Assembly (NCBI GenBank): GCA_013265495.1
Contig: MU057930.1
Location: 718,298 to 782,297 of the forward strand
Length of the DNA stretch: 64,000 nt
Direction: 5' to 3'
Source of the DNA: Vicugna vicugna
Taxonomy: Eukaryota
In this document: positions 12,174 to 24,925 of the stretch, one piece after another
How the letters are laid out: each line of letters begins with the position of its first letter
How positions within the stretch are numbered: position 1 is the stretch's first letter
Translations under genes and position numbers: made by a program
The notes under the pieces: model-generated
The model's input: the letters and a program-made list of their open reading frames with translations, nothing else
What the model was told of the DNA's origin: nothing
Database searches by the model: none

Positions 12174-14059
12174 TGGGGGATGCGCGGGCGCGCCCCAGCG
12201 CTCGCTGCGCGCCATCCCGGAAGGCTGGGAGGCGGGACCGACCGGGGACCCGGAGGGCGTGGTCCAAAGAAAAGTAAAGTTAAAAAATAAACCTGGAGTT
12301 CGAAGCGGATAGGGCGCCCCGCAGACCGCGCGGTGCCCGCGAGTCCCGGCGGGCGGGCCCCGGGTCTTGGCGGATAACCGCCCCCCCTCCCCACCCCGGA
12401 CCACTTCGGCTTCCAGCCCTCGCCTGTGGGGCTGGGGTGATGCCAGATGCGCACGGTGCGGGAGGCGCGGGGCTTCGCGGGACCTCCCCGTGCGTTTCTT
12501 GGCCGCTTCCGAAAAATCTATAATCATCCCTAAAGAATTGTTTTTAAAAATAAGGCAGAGAACAGCCAGATGCAGTTGCATGCAACTTTGATGGGCCGCT
12601 GGTTGGGACACACCAGGGACAATTTTGGAGAAGAAACACAGAACGTTCAGATACGTTTAAATTTCAGACACACAACGATAGTTTTTGTTTTTCCTAGGGC
12701 ATATCTGATTATAGTGACACCAAAAAAGTGTCAAATGTATCTAGACGTCCTGTATTTTATCTGGTCACCTCTTCCCGGGGAGAATCTGGTCACATGCAGC
12801 TTGGACCTCGCAGGCCCGGCCAGGAGAGCCTGGAAGCTGCTTTCCTGAACGATCCCGAGTACTATCCGTGCTGCCGGTCCGCGGACCAGAGTTTGAGAAG
12901 CGAGAGGGCACAGTGCCTACCCCCCTGTTCGGCGGGATTCCAGCTACTCCGCCTTTGGAAGGGGGTGTCCGGCCTCTGAGTCGGCGGGGCGGGGCGGGGT
13001 GGGGGGCGCATTCTGTCGCAGAGGTCAGGCCGCGTGAGGTCAACTTCAGCACAGACGCGTTTTACGGAGACCAGGCCCGGCCTGCCTCGCTTGGCTAACT
13101 GGGAGGGGCGGGGTGGGGGGAGGAACAGGAAATCAGAACTGGCTCTGGGTGTAGTTTTCTGGCCCCGGGCTGCCAGCTTTGCCCCAGCTCTCCTCCGCAC
13201 AAGGTGGGTGGCTTTCCTCCACACTCCCCCCTCCCCAACCCCTCGGGCCTGACGCCTGCTCTCTGCCGGTTGCCAGATCTTGAGCTGGAATGCCAAAAAT
13301 GCGCTCCAGGAGCGGACGGCGTCGCCTGAGCGCCTGGGAAGAGCAAGGACTGGTCCCCCGCGCGCAGGCCACCGGGCCCGGCCCCGCCGAGGGCCTCGGG
13401 GCGACCGAGGCGGTCCGCGCGGGGCCCGTGCGCGCCTCCCCGCGGAGCGCGCGCCCTCTCCGCGCGGAGTCAGCCAGGTGACCGCGGTCCTGCTGGCTCA
13501 TTGAGGGCCGCGGGTCGAGGCTCCGGTTTCACACCCAATGAAAGGCATGCCTGTCCCTCCTCAGGGCAGCCAGAGAAGGAAAAAGAAAAAAAAAAAAAGA
13601 GTAACAGAAACTTTCGGAGGTAAACTCTGGGTTTCAGGGTTGATCTGACCCTTCCTCTGCCGCCCTGAGCGTGCGCACAGACCTACCTGTTCCTATAAAT
13701 ATCCTGGGAGGGATTCGCAACACCTTGCAGAACAAAAGCAGCTTTCATCTGGGACGACCGTAAAAATTCTTCGGAAAACCACAGCGTATGACTTGAAAGG
13801 CAAAAAAAGAGGAAAAAAATCTCTGCAAGCGAGGCATGATGGAGTGATCACCGTCTTTAAGATGCGCATTTGGTTGTGGTGGGGCGGTGGGGGGTGAAGG
13901 GTAGTGAACTCTGTTATGCGGAAAGAGTAATTTCTGCCTGGACCTCGAATGGGCTATAAATTCAAGGCCCCAGCAGGGGTAGTGGTGTTAATAGGGCAGA
14001 GGTAAAAATGGTGGTCCGTGAAGACAGCTGGACACTTCTTTTAAAATATGTATGCATAG

Positions 14060-14180
14060 TGGGGCAGGGTATAGCTCAGCGCTAGAAAGCCTGCCTGGCA
14101 TGCACAAGGTCCTGGGTTCATTCCCTGGTGCCCCCATTAAAAATAAATAAGCTTAATTACCCCCTGCCAAAACAAACATA
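14060..14180 (+). mobile_element. Vic-1-type SINE
   Basis: GGGGCAGGGTATAGCTCAG...GTCCTGGGTTCA...AAAAATAAATAA..TAATTACCCCC. Confidence 0.85.
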
Positions 14181-16609
14181 CAAAATACGTATGTATAAAA
14201 TTGTACATGTGTATGTGTATGTAGGAGGTGTGTATCTATTCTGAGTTAAAATAAACAATAATACGTTTATAATAACTGAGGAACACATACTCACATAATA
14301 CCACTGCCAATAAACTAGGAAGACGCATTCTTTCAAAATGATTATGTTCAGAAAAATCAGTGTCTGTCTGTAGGTCTGTTTAGGCAGGATTTTGCTATGT
14401 ACTCCACAAGGTAAATAATATAAAGCTGGAAATTGAAAGTAGCTGAAAATTTTATTTTTTATTAATAAAGTCATTGACTCTTACGTTAAAAAATAAATCA
14501 ATAAATGTGTTCCAACTGCTAGAAATAAATGAAAAATAAACAATACGTTGTTTTTACAATCTTTACAATTTATATGTATGTAAATTATACATATTACATG
14601 CCAGTATATTCTAATGTACTACTGTATTTTAAAATAAGTGTTTTCCTGCCTTCACAGGCTTTACAATGTGTATATATACATAACTACTAAATATTATAGA
14701 TCTAATCTATTCTGTGGTGTATATTCTAATATGTTTTATTATATTTTCTAATACGTATATTTCAAGGGAAATGTTCAGCTGCCTTCAGACTTTATATATA
14801 ATATTAGGTATTATTTATATCACATACATTCTAATCTGTTCTGTGATACATATATTATAATATGTTTTATTGCATGTCCTAATATATGTATTCCAAAAGA
14901 ATATATTCCAAATATATTCCAAAAGAAATGTTCGGCTGCCTCAGACTCTACAATTTATATATAATATTAGATATGACATGCTCTATGATTGATTCTGTTC
15001 TAACGCGTCCTGGAATATATGTTCTAACATGTTCTATTATATGCTCTATTTCAGAGACGAGTTTAGGCACAGGAACACGGTTTCCGGCTTCAGTGGCTGG
15101 ATGTTACCCTCATTCAGCGGAGGCCAGTCGCGCAGCGGGAGCAGCCCGGGTCACTCCCTGTGCTCCGTCACCTCGTCCCCATTTCTCAGGTAAGCTGTTG
15201 CAAAGCCACTTCTGGGCGCCAGGCTATCTTCCTTCGTCACCAGTGAACGTTTTCCCGCCGAGGAGTGATTCAAGGATCTGTAAGTGCTCACCGTTGTTAG
15301 TAGCTTTGGCATCCTGTTTCTTACTTCTCCCTGGTCGCGGACAGCCCTGTGCTGGGCGTGCGTTGGTTCAGTGTGTTAGGAGTTCGTGATAACCCAGTTA
15401 GTTGGCTGTGTTCTGTTACAATCCTGCGCACTTACACCTCCACGGATGGAACCAGGTCCATCAAGATTGATCAAAGGTGGTGAAAGTTATTTTACAGTTG
15501 TGATGAGGACCCCCACAGTAATCCGAGGCTTGCACAGCTGCATCCCCGTGTCTGCAAGCATCCCCAGGGCTGTGTTTTGGCTCTTGGCTCTCGAGAGCTA
15601 TGTCATGCAAAGCGGACGCCCCCCACCCCCGCACACTTCACTTGCTGAACAGGTGTTGGACCCAACATACGTGTTGATGCTCCTTGAAGCTGACCCGGCG
15701 GTGCCGTCTCTGCTGACAGAAAGGACGTTTTCACCACGGGGGTATCACACACAGTGCCCTGGCTGGGAAGGTCGTGAATTCCCAAATGGGCTTAGAGCCA
15801 TGAATGCAACCCTCAGCCACCTTCCCTAGAAATTGAAGTTTCCTACCTATGTCGGGTTAAAAACTGCCTAAGACATTCACCTCAGATGCTGTTAAAAAGA
15901 AGTACAAGAGACACGACCATGAAGGAAAACTCAAATTTCAGGAGGATTTGATTTAAAGAGAGGAAAAATACATAACAACACAGGGAAGATAGCCAGCCTT
16001 TTATAATAACTCTCAATGGAAAGTCACAACATTTAAAAATTGTATAATCTTTTTTTAGTTTTTGATAAAAATAAGATAATTTTTTTAAAAATAAGAGGGG
16101 GGAAAAATGAAACATCAAACAAGGCTAGAAGAAAGTACTGCAGAAGGTTTGCAAATCCCTGGCTGATCATAGGAGGACATTCTAAAGCGGAGAGAGGCAG
16201 AGTCATAGGATGAACGGGTGACCAGAGCTGCCGACCGAAAAATGTAAGAATGTTAATGGAGTTATAATCAAAATAGAAACGCATCTACAGCAAGCAAGCA
16301 GAGCGCATCAGAAAAGGGCACAGCCATGGGGAATTCACACAGGGAGAAAAAAAAATCTTTCTGCTAACTAATAATCAAAGAAATGGGACTGAGACCAAAT
16401 GTGACAGATTTTTGTTTTTTTTGTTTTTTTTTTTTCAAATCAGCCTGACAGCATAAAGATGAAATGTCCCATGCTGATGAGAGCATTGTACTGTTACGGT
16501 GTTAGAAACAATCAAATACGTTGGTCCAGTAATTTTTTATCTTGAAATTTATTTTTCAGAATTGAGTTTTGGGGACTATTGAATGCTTCATGGGCAAAAT
16601 TACCTGGGG

Positions 16610-16960
16610 TCATGGGATGAAATGTGCTTCCCCGCCTCGCACAAATTTCAAATGTTGACGTCCCAACTCCCAGGACCTCAGAATGGGGCTGTGTTTGGAG
16701 ATGAAGGTAAAATGAGGTCACTAGGTGGGTCCTGATCCCATAGGACTGGGGTTCTTATAAGAAGAGGAGATGAGGACCCAGAGACACGCAGAGGGACGCC
16801 CACGTGAGGACACAGGGAGGAGACGGCCGTCCGCGCACCAAGGAGACACCAGCCCTGCTCACAGTTGGTCTCAGATGCCAGCCTCCGGGACCAGGAGGGA
16901 CAAATGTCTGTTGTACAAGCCCGCCAGTCCGTGACACTCTGTTGTAATGACCCTATCGGA
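16610..16960 (+). mobile_element. GC-rich MLT1-type LTR
   Basis: GAAGGTAAAATGAGGTCACTAGG..CCTGATCCCA..GGACTGG..TTATAAGAAGAGGAGATGAGGAC; near-identical to 25915-26310. Confidence 0.8.
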
Positions 16961-17446
16961 CAATTACACCCGTGAGTCAAGGCAGCTTTTATCACAGAGA
17001 AATCCATAGAGATAACTTTCAACATCCGAAACATCGGGGAATGTATACTTCTAAGCAGGTCTGTTCATGGAAGGGAATTTTCAAACTTTTCATAAACAGT
17101 CAACGAAATGGGAGCATTGTGCCTAAATTTTAAGGATTATAAGCAGTCATCCAAATTTTATAACACACTCTGGTCTTCATTATATAACAAGATGACATTC
17201 CCCAAAAGGGAGTAAAATGTCCCCAAAAGGTGACATCTGGATTAGGACATTCTTTCCTATTTTTTTTTTTTCCCAACGTTCCACAGACGTTCCTGTAATG
17301 AGGACACAGACTTCAGAGCACGCCCTGAAAGATTTTGCAGGAGACACAGATTGAGAGATTTGGAAACCTGGTGGGGTTTTTTTGTTTTGCTTTCTTTTTG
17401 TTTGTTTGTTTCTTTTCATAAAGTGATGGATTAGGTTAGAATTATC

Positions 17447-19440
17447 TTAGACCTTGCTGAGGTCTGAGTTTATCTTAACTCCCTGGAGGGAAGTATGAAA
17501 ACACTTAGTAATTCCTACCCGAGAAATACAGATTGTTGTAGTCAGTCACCAGTCCTTAATCAGTCCAAGGAGGAAGTTTGAAAACAGAAAGAAGATGTGA
17601 CGAAATGAGAAACACAGCCCCTGACCTTGGAGGACCGCGGCTGCGGCGGTAATTCCTCCTTCACGGGTGACAAAGGCACCCTTGTCCCCCTCCGAGGCGT
17701 GTGTGGGGATCTGGCAAAGCGAAGGCACCGTGGATCTGGAAGAACCCATGTAGAGACGAGACTCAGAAACTCTGAAAGTCTCGGGATGAGGTGGCCACTA
17801 GGTTGTCTCATGATAAAGACAGGGTTTTTTGTTTGTTTGTTTTTTTAAAGTTGTTTGGTGCTGGCGAGGAAAGCAGGAGATTGAAACAATATGACAAGAT
17901 GTGTCTGTCTGTGTATGGGTGACTGGGACACTGTGCTGTGCGCTGGGAACGGGCACAATGTAACTGACTGTACTTCAATAAAAAGACTAAATACGTATAT
18001 GTAAAATAGATAAACGAGGTCCTAATATATAGCACGGAAAACTATATCCAATATCCTTTAACAACCTCTAACAATGCAGCACCCCACGGAGCCTAGTTTG
18101 GTGGCCACAGGCATGCCCCACCCTACAGGGGGTGCAGACTTTACAGGGGATCATCGGCAAGGGACTGTGGAAATCCTCCCGCTTTCCAGCTCCCGCTGCA
18201 GGGGCTTTGGGACTGGTACCCAGGTGCGTGAAGGTGTTGGGGGAAAACGGTCCATTCCAGCAGACTTTGAAATTGCAAGTCTGTCCTCCAAGGGGGTGCT
18301 GATGGAGTCCCCTCCCCCGGCCCCGAGTGCCAGGCATCCGACATAGGGGTATTTGGATAAAGCAGAGAAAACCTGGGACTCGTGGGCTCAGATTGCATGG
18401 AGGAGGGATGGACAACCGGCACTCAGAATTGTTAAGAGGATGTAACGTACTGGGCACTAAACGAGGAGTAACAACGTGGGAGGACCAGGCGGGAGAGCGT
18501 ACCACAGCGTGTGGTCATTGCCCATGTTCATAATTACATAGTCCCATGTCTGTAAGTATATATTAGCAGTTTATGTCACAGAATATATACATGAGTTTAT
18601 CTCTATGATTATATAGGTCTATACACATATCTGTATGTACATGTATCAGGTCTCCCAGGAGGGGTGGAATTTAAGTAGACGCAGGGAAGGCGTGACCTTC
18701 AGGTGTGTGGGGAGGTGGCGGGGACGGCGTGGCTGGCGTGGCTGGGGGGTGCAGCAGGGCTAGGGTGCGGTCCGGGAGGACCTCGAAAGGATTTTGCTTC
18801 TTACTCCAGGTTGGGTCGCCAGACTGAGTAGATAAAAAAGCAGGACACCCAGTTAAATTTGAATTTCGGACAAACAACAAACTATTGTTTTAGTGTAAGG
18901 ATGCCCCGTGCAATATTTGGGATGTACTTAGACTGAGCACTGAGCTGAATTTGAATTTTAGTGTGAGCATATTCCATGCAATCTTTCGGTTTACTTATAC
19001 TCAACGCCTGGATGAATTGTAATCTCAGATAAACAGTAAACGATTGTTTTTGTAAAAGTATGTCCATAAAATATGTGGGACTTACAGGAAATGCTCAGCT
19101 GAATGAGAATTTCAGATAAACACGGAATCATTATTTTATTCTAAATATGTCCCATCCAATCTTTGGGGCATAGTAACACTAAATGCTGAGTTGAATTTGA
19201 ATTTCAGACAAACCATGAATATTTTTTTTTTTTTAGTGTAAGTCAGTCCCATTCAATATTTGAGACCTGCTTAGTCTAAAAAGTCGTTTGCGATTGATCT
19301 GAAATTCCCATTCAGCCAGCTTCCTTCGTCATTTTATTTGGCAGCCCTAACTCTGAGCAAAATGCAGAGTTACCGTCGAATTTCGATTTTAAAAGGGCTC
19401 CTCTGACTGCTGAGTTGAGAATAAGCTTCGAGGACCTACA
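17447..19440 (-). pseudogene. EYS-like relic: LamG5 / C-terminus in three pieces (~19355-19440, ~18120-18375, ~17447-17790)
   Basis: LLKSKFDGNS (EYS STAKFMGNS); IPLCRM..NF..GKREDF (EYS DPNYRM..LNF..EENDF); GAFVTREGG...LFSNFLLGLIKDW (EYS NFVALNYDG...IFKTNFVGKIKDV). Stop near 17447. Confidence 0.65.
18811..19350. mobile_element. MER53-like MITE with internal tandem expansion
   Basis: TIR-like GGGTCGCCAGA / TTTGGCAGCCCTA ends; repeated GAATTT(G/C)A..TAGTGTAAGTATGTCCCA..AATATTTGGG units. Confidence 0.75.
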
Positions 19441-19959
19441 GCAGTGGTTAGAACCAGCTTTAGAAAACTCTGCGTGTAGCCGGGCTTCACCACAGACCAA
19501 CTGAATCTAGTCTCGAGGAATGGGGACCCAGGCATAGGTATTTCTGTCATTGCCTCAGGGGACTGTGGTGCATGTTGACAGCTGAGATTCCCAGCGGAAG
19601 GCTGCTGGAGTCATGCAGAGAGACATGATGGGGGTGTCATGAATTAATAAAGGCTGGGGCAGTGAAGCTGTGACACGATGCGAGACTGTCATGGTGAGTA
19701 TATGACGTGGAACCTTCCTCTAAACCCACAGAATGTACGGCACCAGGAGCGGACCATCATGTAGACCAAAGAGTGTGGGTCATGATGATGTGTCAATATT
19801 GAGTCACTCGTTGTGATAAATGCAGGATGTTAATCATGGGGAAGCTGGGTGCCGAGCTAGAAAGGGTACATCAGAACCAAGTGTACGTTCTGTTGATTTT
19901 TACTGTTAACTCTGCTCTAAGGAATAGTCCACTTAAAAAAATAAAAAGAGTGAAGTAAA

Positions 19960-20372
19960 ATCATGTGCAGCAACATGGATGGACCTAGAGATGATCATAC
20001 TAAGTGAAGTCAGTCAGACAGAGAAAGAGAAATATCACACGGCATCACTTATATGTGGAATCTAAAAAAATGGCACAAATGAACTTATTTACAAAACAGA
20101 AAGAGACTCACAGACATAGGAAACAAACTTACGGCTACCGAAAGGGGAAGGGAGGGGAAGGGATAAATTAGGAGTTTGGGATGAGCAGATACACACTACT
20201 GTACATAAAACAGATAAACAACAAGGTCCTGCTGTAGAGCACACGGAACCCCAGTATCTTTTAATAACCTATAATGGAAAATAGTATGAAAAAATAATAT
20301 ATAATTGGATCACTTTGTTGCACACTTGAAACTGACAGTGTTGTAAATCAGCTCTACTTCAGCAAAAGAAAT
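19960..20372 (+). mobile_element. L1 3' end
   Basis: GCAACATGGATGGACCTAGAGATGATCATACTAAGTGAAGT..GACAGAGAAAGA followed by 3'UTR. Confidence 0.9.
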
Positions 20373-20420
20373 AAATGGATGCATAACTTTACAACCGTTT
20401 GAAGAAGTAAACAAGGATAC

Positions 20421-21334
20421 CTCTGCATATAATTGTTGGAAAAAATCTCCGGGTAATATTGATAAGGGACAACTTAGAGTGTAAGGTCTGTTTGTGTCAT
20501 GTCAAAGCATAGGTGATTCTGAAGCCGTTGAGTTTCAGCTTATATTACTATCTGTTTAATACAATAATAGTAATGGGTTAATAGACTTACAATAAAGGGC
20601 AACCACAAGCCAAAAACTGACAGTTGAGTCACAGAAACTAAATAAAATCCAAGATAAGACAAAGGAAGGTTATCAAACCACAAAAGGAAGAAGAAAGCAG
20701 CGAAGAGGAAATACAAATCAACTGCAAAAGCTAAGTTCAAAATGGCAGTAAGCACACATTTGTCATTAATTACTGTATATGTCAATGGACTAAATGCTCC
20801 AATCAAAAGACACAGAGTGGCAGACTGGATAATGAAGCAAGGACCTTCAATATGCTGCATACAGGAGACCCGCTTTAGGGAGAAGGACACATACAGATTG
20901 AGAGTGAGAGGATGGAAAAAAGGATATTCCATGCAAGTGGAAAAGCCAAGAAAGCAGGTGTAGCAGCACTGATTCTGAAGTCGTTGAAAATCCTGAGTGG
21001 GTCCGCAAAGCAAGGCTTTCCTATAAAGAGGGGCATTGATTCGGGGCCGTGGCGGGCGTTACCCAGGGCAGATGAAACGTTCACTCTTTTCAGCTCATCC
21101 TCTTCTATTCAGTTTATGTTTCCTCCCAGGAGATGCTGTGTTATCATAATTTTTTAAAATAAAGGAATCATGAGAGCTGCCAGGTTCTGAAGGTACGTGC
21201 GGTCCAGTTTCCAGCCGTGTCCAAGGGTCATAAAGTCCATGAGGTCCCAGCATGGTGATGAAACAGGAGAAATACCATTGTCATCGGCAAAACAGGTCGA
21301 AGAGTATTCTTTCCGGACAACTGGTGCAGTCATA
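20421..21334 (-). pseudogene. EYS-like relic: LamG4 exon, split by an L1 fragment
   Basis: Reads VVRKE...FADDNGI/LLF...DFMTLG...NL...VNVSSALG...PLFIG...FNGF (EYS: HVRKK...AADGILFY...DFLCIS...YNLG...INVTEKAS...FYIGG...FQGC). Confidence 0.7.
20532..20969 (+). mobile_element. Internal L1 fragment (inter-ORF region + ORF2 endonuclease 5' end) flanked by 18-bp direct repeats
   Basis: Encodes LSLITVYVNGLNAPIKRHRVADWI..QGPSICCIQET; repeats TGATTCTGAAG(C/T)CGTTGA at 20514-20531 and 20970-20987. Confidence 0.9.
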
Positions 21335-21892
21335 CTTTGTTTTATATAGACAGAGAGATAATAACAGTATTATTAATGCCCAACAGAGATGATGGACTGT
21401 CTTAGTTTAAAAAAGGGGGGGGGAGGGGAGACTACAAACTACATGTAGACACATAATTAGGACCATTTTTGTTGTTCCTACAGTTCAGTCTGTATCCGTG
21501 AAGAGGATGGAGGCAAAAATAAAACAGGACCAAAAAGACACCTAAAATAAAGACATGGTAGGAAACCATATACTCTGTATTCAGTGGAGTTAGAGATTTC
21601 CCACTTTAATTTTTTTTTATGGTTTCTTGGGTATAATTAGACCAACCCACGTGAGCCCCCAAATGATGGGCTGTGAATACCTCATGCCGCTAATTACTGT
21701 TTATTTTTGAATTCATAAGAACTCTTCTTATTGTTAAGATGCCTTGAGATATGGGAGGGAAGGAAAACACCCACAGAGAGGAAACAAAACCGTGCAGTCC
21801 ATGTCCTTCTAAGGAAAAGACGTGGCTGGTTGTTAAGATAAGACTCAGCTCTGCTCTTGGGAAAGACAGCAACGCAGCTAACTTTGTTTTAC

Positions 21893-22137
21893 CAGGATTT
21901 GGATCTGGGGCGGGAGAGGTAAAGCACGTGGGGGAGCTTTGCAGGCACCAGGGGAGTTTGCCACTTTATAACCAGGCAGTGTTTGTGCTGTTGACACTGC
22001 GAGGTGTGAGATTTCTGCAGAACTGATGGGATTCTGGAATCCTCTGTCTGTCCAGTGTAGGAGTGAAGATCCCGTAGGCACTGGGTCTGGAAGGGGTCGA
22101 GGGTTTTGTTTTGAGAGCACCCCCCTCCCCAAAACAG
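21893..22137 (-). pseudogene. EYS-like relic: LamG3 end plus EGF start
   Basis: ttccttctcttgcccag acceptor and CTG|GTAAAA donor. Reads LFWGGGCS, RGFQNPI, PRSV, QC..HCLVIK, NSPGAC (EYS: FYVGGYS, NGFQGCI, GRSVGQC..PCSLMKC.NGGTC). Confidence 0.7.
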
Positions 22138-22189
22138 CTGGGCAAGAGAAGGAAGCAGAGCCCCAAAGAACGGCATATGAAGACCCACC

Positions 22190-22599
22190 TGGAACTAGGA
22201 AAACTCAGCTCCTGGTGGGGGCCAGCCTTCCCACCGCGTGGACTCTGTCAATGAGGTAACAACACGTCATGCAGGTCATTGTTAGGATTGTTCAGACTAA
22301 CACCCCGAGGCATACGGAGACCCTACTGAATAGTGGAAGATGTCCGTGCGTCTAAAGCATTCTATGCGGGAGGGAGCAGGTGCAGCACAGCCCCGGGAAG
22401 GACAGAGAGAAGTGGAAAGGGTGATGGTGTTTGTTTTGTTTTGTTTTGTGGGAAAGTTGCAGAAGGGGTAGGTCTCAGTGAAGGGCATGACCACGCAGCA
22501 CAAGAAGTGTGAGTCAGCACATTCTTACAAAATGTGGATACACTTGAATAAAAACAGGCAATGCCAGAAGTATCCAAAATGAGCCCACAAACTCGCCAT
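22190..22599 (-). pseudogene. EYS-like relic: LamG3 first part
   Basis: Acceptor at 22600. FGY motif, then IFHYSVGSPYAS..SE...LHDV...WEGW (EYS: FGYTSF...VVYSYNLGSGIASIRSE...VHTV...QEGW). Confidence 0.6.
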
Positions 22600-22662
22600 C
22601 TGATACGTTGAAAGAACAAAAAGTTTCCGCCTATGTTCAGAAAGCAAAGAGGGCAGCCTTAC

Positions 22663-22802
22663 CTCATCTGTGGACTTAACAGCAAAGATACGTCCACATG
22701 GTAAAATGAACAACAGGAAGTATTCAGCACGCGTAGATGGTGTGTATCTGGGGACGGCACCGCCACGAACAAGACAATGCATTTGCATACTAAACAGTGG
22801 AC
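22663..22802 (-). pseudogene. EYS-like relic: EGF exon before LamG3
   Basis: cctaaag acceptor and GAG|GTAAGG donor. Reads GPLF...RGGAVPR...LPCGRIFAVKSTDE (EYS: GKLC...NGATCVPK...LCPYGRSGPLCTDA). Confidence 0.7.
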
Positions 22803-23479
22803 CTTTAGGACAAGACAGGGGTTTGGTATCATTTGTTTTGAATTTTCCTGAATCCGTGGCTGCCCTCTTAGGCTAGAAGGAACTTGAGGCAAGTGATCCT
22901 GATAAGCTTGAAGTTAAAAATACGGAGACAGAGACCTTTGTGGGTGGAGGGTGTTCTGTGGTGTGAGGTCCCTGAGGAGTACAGAATGAAAAAAAGAAAA
23001 CAATTTAGAAGTGAAATTTAATCTGCTGAACGGACGTACACAGAGCTGGAGTTCACTGAACATCAGACATGGAGCATAAGCTGTGAAAAGTGAGGAGTTG
23101 CTGTGGGTTTGTCTGGAGACAGTGAGAAGGCTTCCGGATTTCCAGAAGAGTCACAGGAGTGTTCAAGGGATGGAGCTGTATGGCTCGGAGGGTGATGCAC
23201 CCTTCAATGGATCCAGCCTTCCATGGGGGCAGACGGGGCATTTTATTGCAGACCATGAAGCCGCTATGACTGGAGGATGTGGATCTACATTGTACAATGT
23301 ACTAGACAATGTTTATTAATCTCACATTTCTAACGTGTTACCACTGAGGAATATGGAGGTATCTGGATGAATGTGAATTCCCGGCAGGGGGTTCAACAAT
23401 CTTTGGCCAAAAGGTTGAGATTCTAGCATATCATTATAAAGTTGATGGACATGAGGTTCAGATCTCGGGTTAAACAGTG

Positions 23480-23950
23480 ACACCACCCCCCTCCCCCTAA
23501 AAAGTGATACATCTTCTTGGAACCTATCAGTGGGAACTTATTTGGAAAAGCGGTCTTTGCGGATGTGATTAAGGACCTTGAAATGAGATTATCCTGGATG
23601 AAACATGTGGGCCTTAAATTCAGTGATGCATGGATGCATGTCCTTATATGAAAACGGTGGGGGGAGGGGGGAGAAACACACACAGAGGAGAAAGCGTTGG
23701 TTAGAAGGACGCAGAGATGTGAATGATGTCCCTACAAACACAGGACCAGCAGAGCTGCTGGCCACCAGCAGACACTGGGAGAGGAGAGAGGCTGAAAAAG
23801 ACGTCCGTCAGAGGCTCTGGAAGGAGCCAGCCCTGCCCACACCGTGACTCTGGACTTCTGGTCTCCAGAACAATGGGACAATACATTTCTGGTGCCTTCA
23901 GTCCCCGCTCTTTGGGGCACTTTGTTCCAGCAGCCCCAGAAATCCAGCAC
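23480..23950 (+). mobile_element. MLT1C-like LTR
   Basis: TTATTTGGAAAAGCGGTCTTTGCGGATGTGATTAAGGACCTTGAAATGAGATTATCCTGGAT...GGACTTCTGGTCTCCAGAAC. Confidence 0.8.
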
Positions 23951-24211
23951 ATCAGCTTGTCTTACTTCAGATCCCTGTGAGAATTTGATGAAATGGGTTG
24001 AGCCGCTTCCTGTTAAGGACAGACCCATCCTCGCAGGCACCCCCAAGCTGGCCATCAGTGTTCAGGAGTGTGCAAAATGATGGGGGGGGCGGGGGGCTGG
24101 GGGATGGTTTGCCAAGGTGTCACAACCCAGTCTGATGGTGCAGGAATATTCCAGGTTCCAGCCCACCCATGAAGCATGCACTTGTCGCAGAATGATGGCT
24201 TCAGTTGGCAG

Positions 24212-24925
24212 GTGCACTGTTGGTGGAAATGTAAATTCGTGCAGCCACCGTGGAAAACAGGATGGCGGCTTCTCAAAAAACTGAAAATGGAACTACCATA
24301 TGACCCAGCAATTCCACTCCTGGCATATAACTGAAAAAAAAAAAAAAGGAAATGCTAGCCTGAAAATATACTCGCCTCCCCATGTTCTTGGTAGCATTAT
24401 TTACAACAGCCAAGATGTGGAAGCAACCTAAATGTCCATCAACAGATGAGTGGATAAAGAAGATGTGGTGTATTTATACAGTGGAATACTACTAAGCCAT
24501 GACAAAGGATGAAATCATGCCATTTGCAGCCACATGGATGGATTTGGAGCACAATATGCTAAATGAAATAGGCCACACAGAGAAAGACAAATACTGCACA
24601 ATATGACATATATATGGGACCTGAAAAAATACACACGAATATAAAAAAATAGAAGCAGCTTGACGGATCTAGAGAGCAGCCTAGTGATGGCCAGTAGGGA
24701 GAGGGCAGGGGGAGGGGGTTAGGAGGTACGAACTACTACGGACAAAATAAATAAGCTACAAGGACATACTGTCCCACATGGGGCTTACAGCCAATATCTT
24801 ACAGTAACTACAAATGGACTCTAACCTTTAAAAACTGTGACTCACTGTATTGTATACCTGTAAATTCTATAATATGCTGCAGCAACTAAACTTCAATGAA
24901 CAATTAAAATTTTCAAAAACAAAAA
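24212..24925 (+). mobile_element. L1 ORF2 C-terminus + 3'UTR
   Basis: CACTGTTGGTGG..GACCCAGCAATTCCACTCCT..AAATGTCCATCAACAGATGA. Confidence 0.9.

Larger units (their letters stand above)
10950..13560. promoter_or_regulatory. CpG island / PRKX promoter
   Basis: Very GC- and CpG-rich sequence around exon 1, with tandem GC boxes (GGGGCGGGGCGGGG) near 12986-13000. Confidence 0.85.

Noticed and set aside
10766..12611. Long ORFs of 200-560 aa
   Set aside because: They run through the N gap and GC-rich island; only 11504-11645 is real coding sequence.
20742..20963. Endonuclease-like ORF
   Set aside because: L1 ORF2 fragment with a frameshift, not a host gene.
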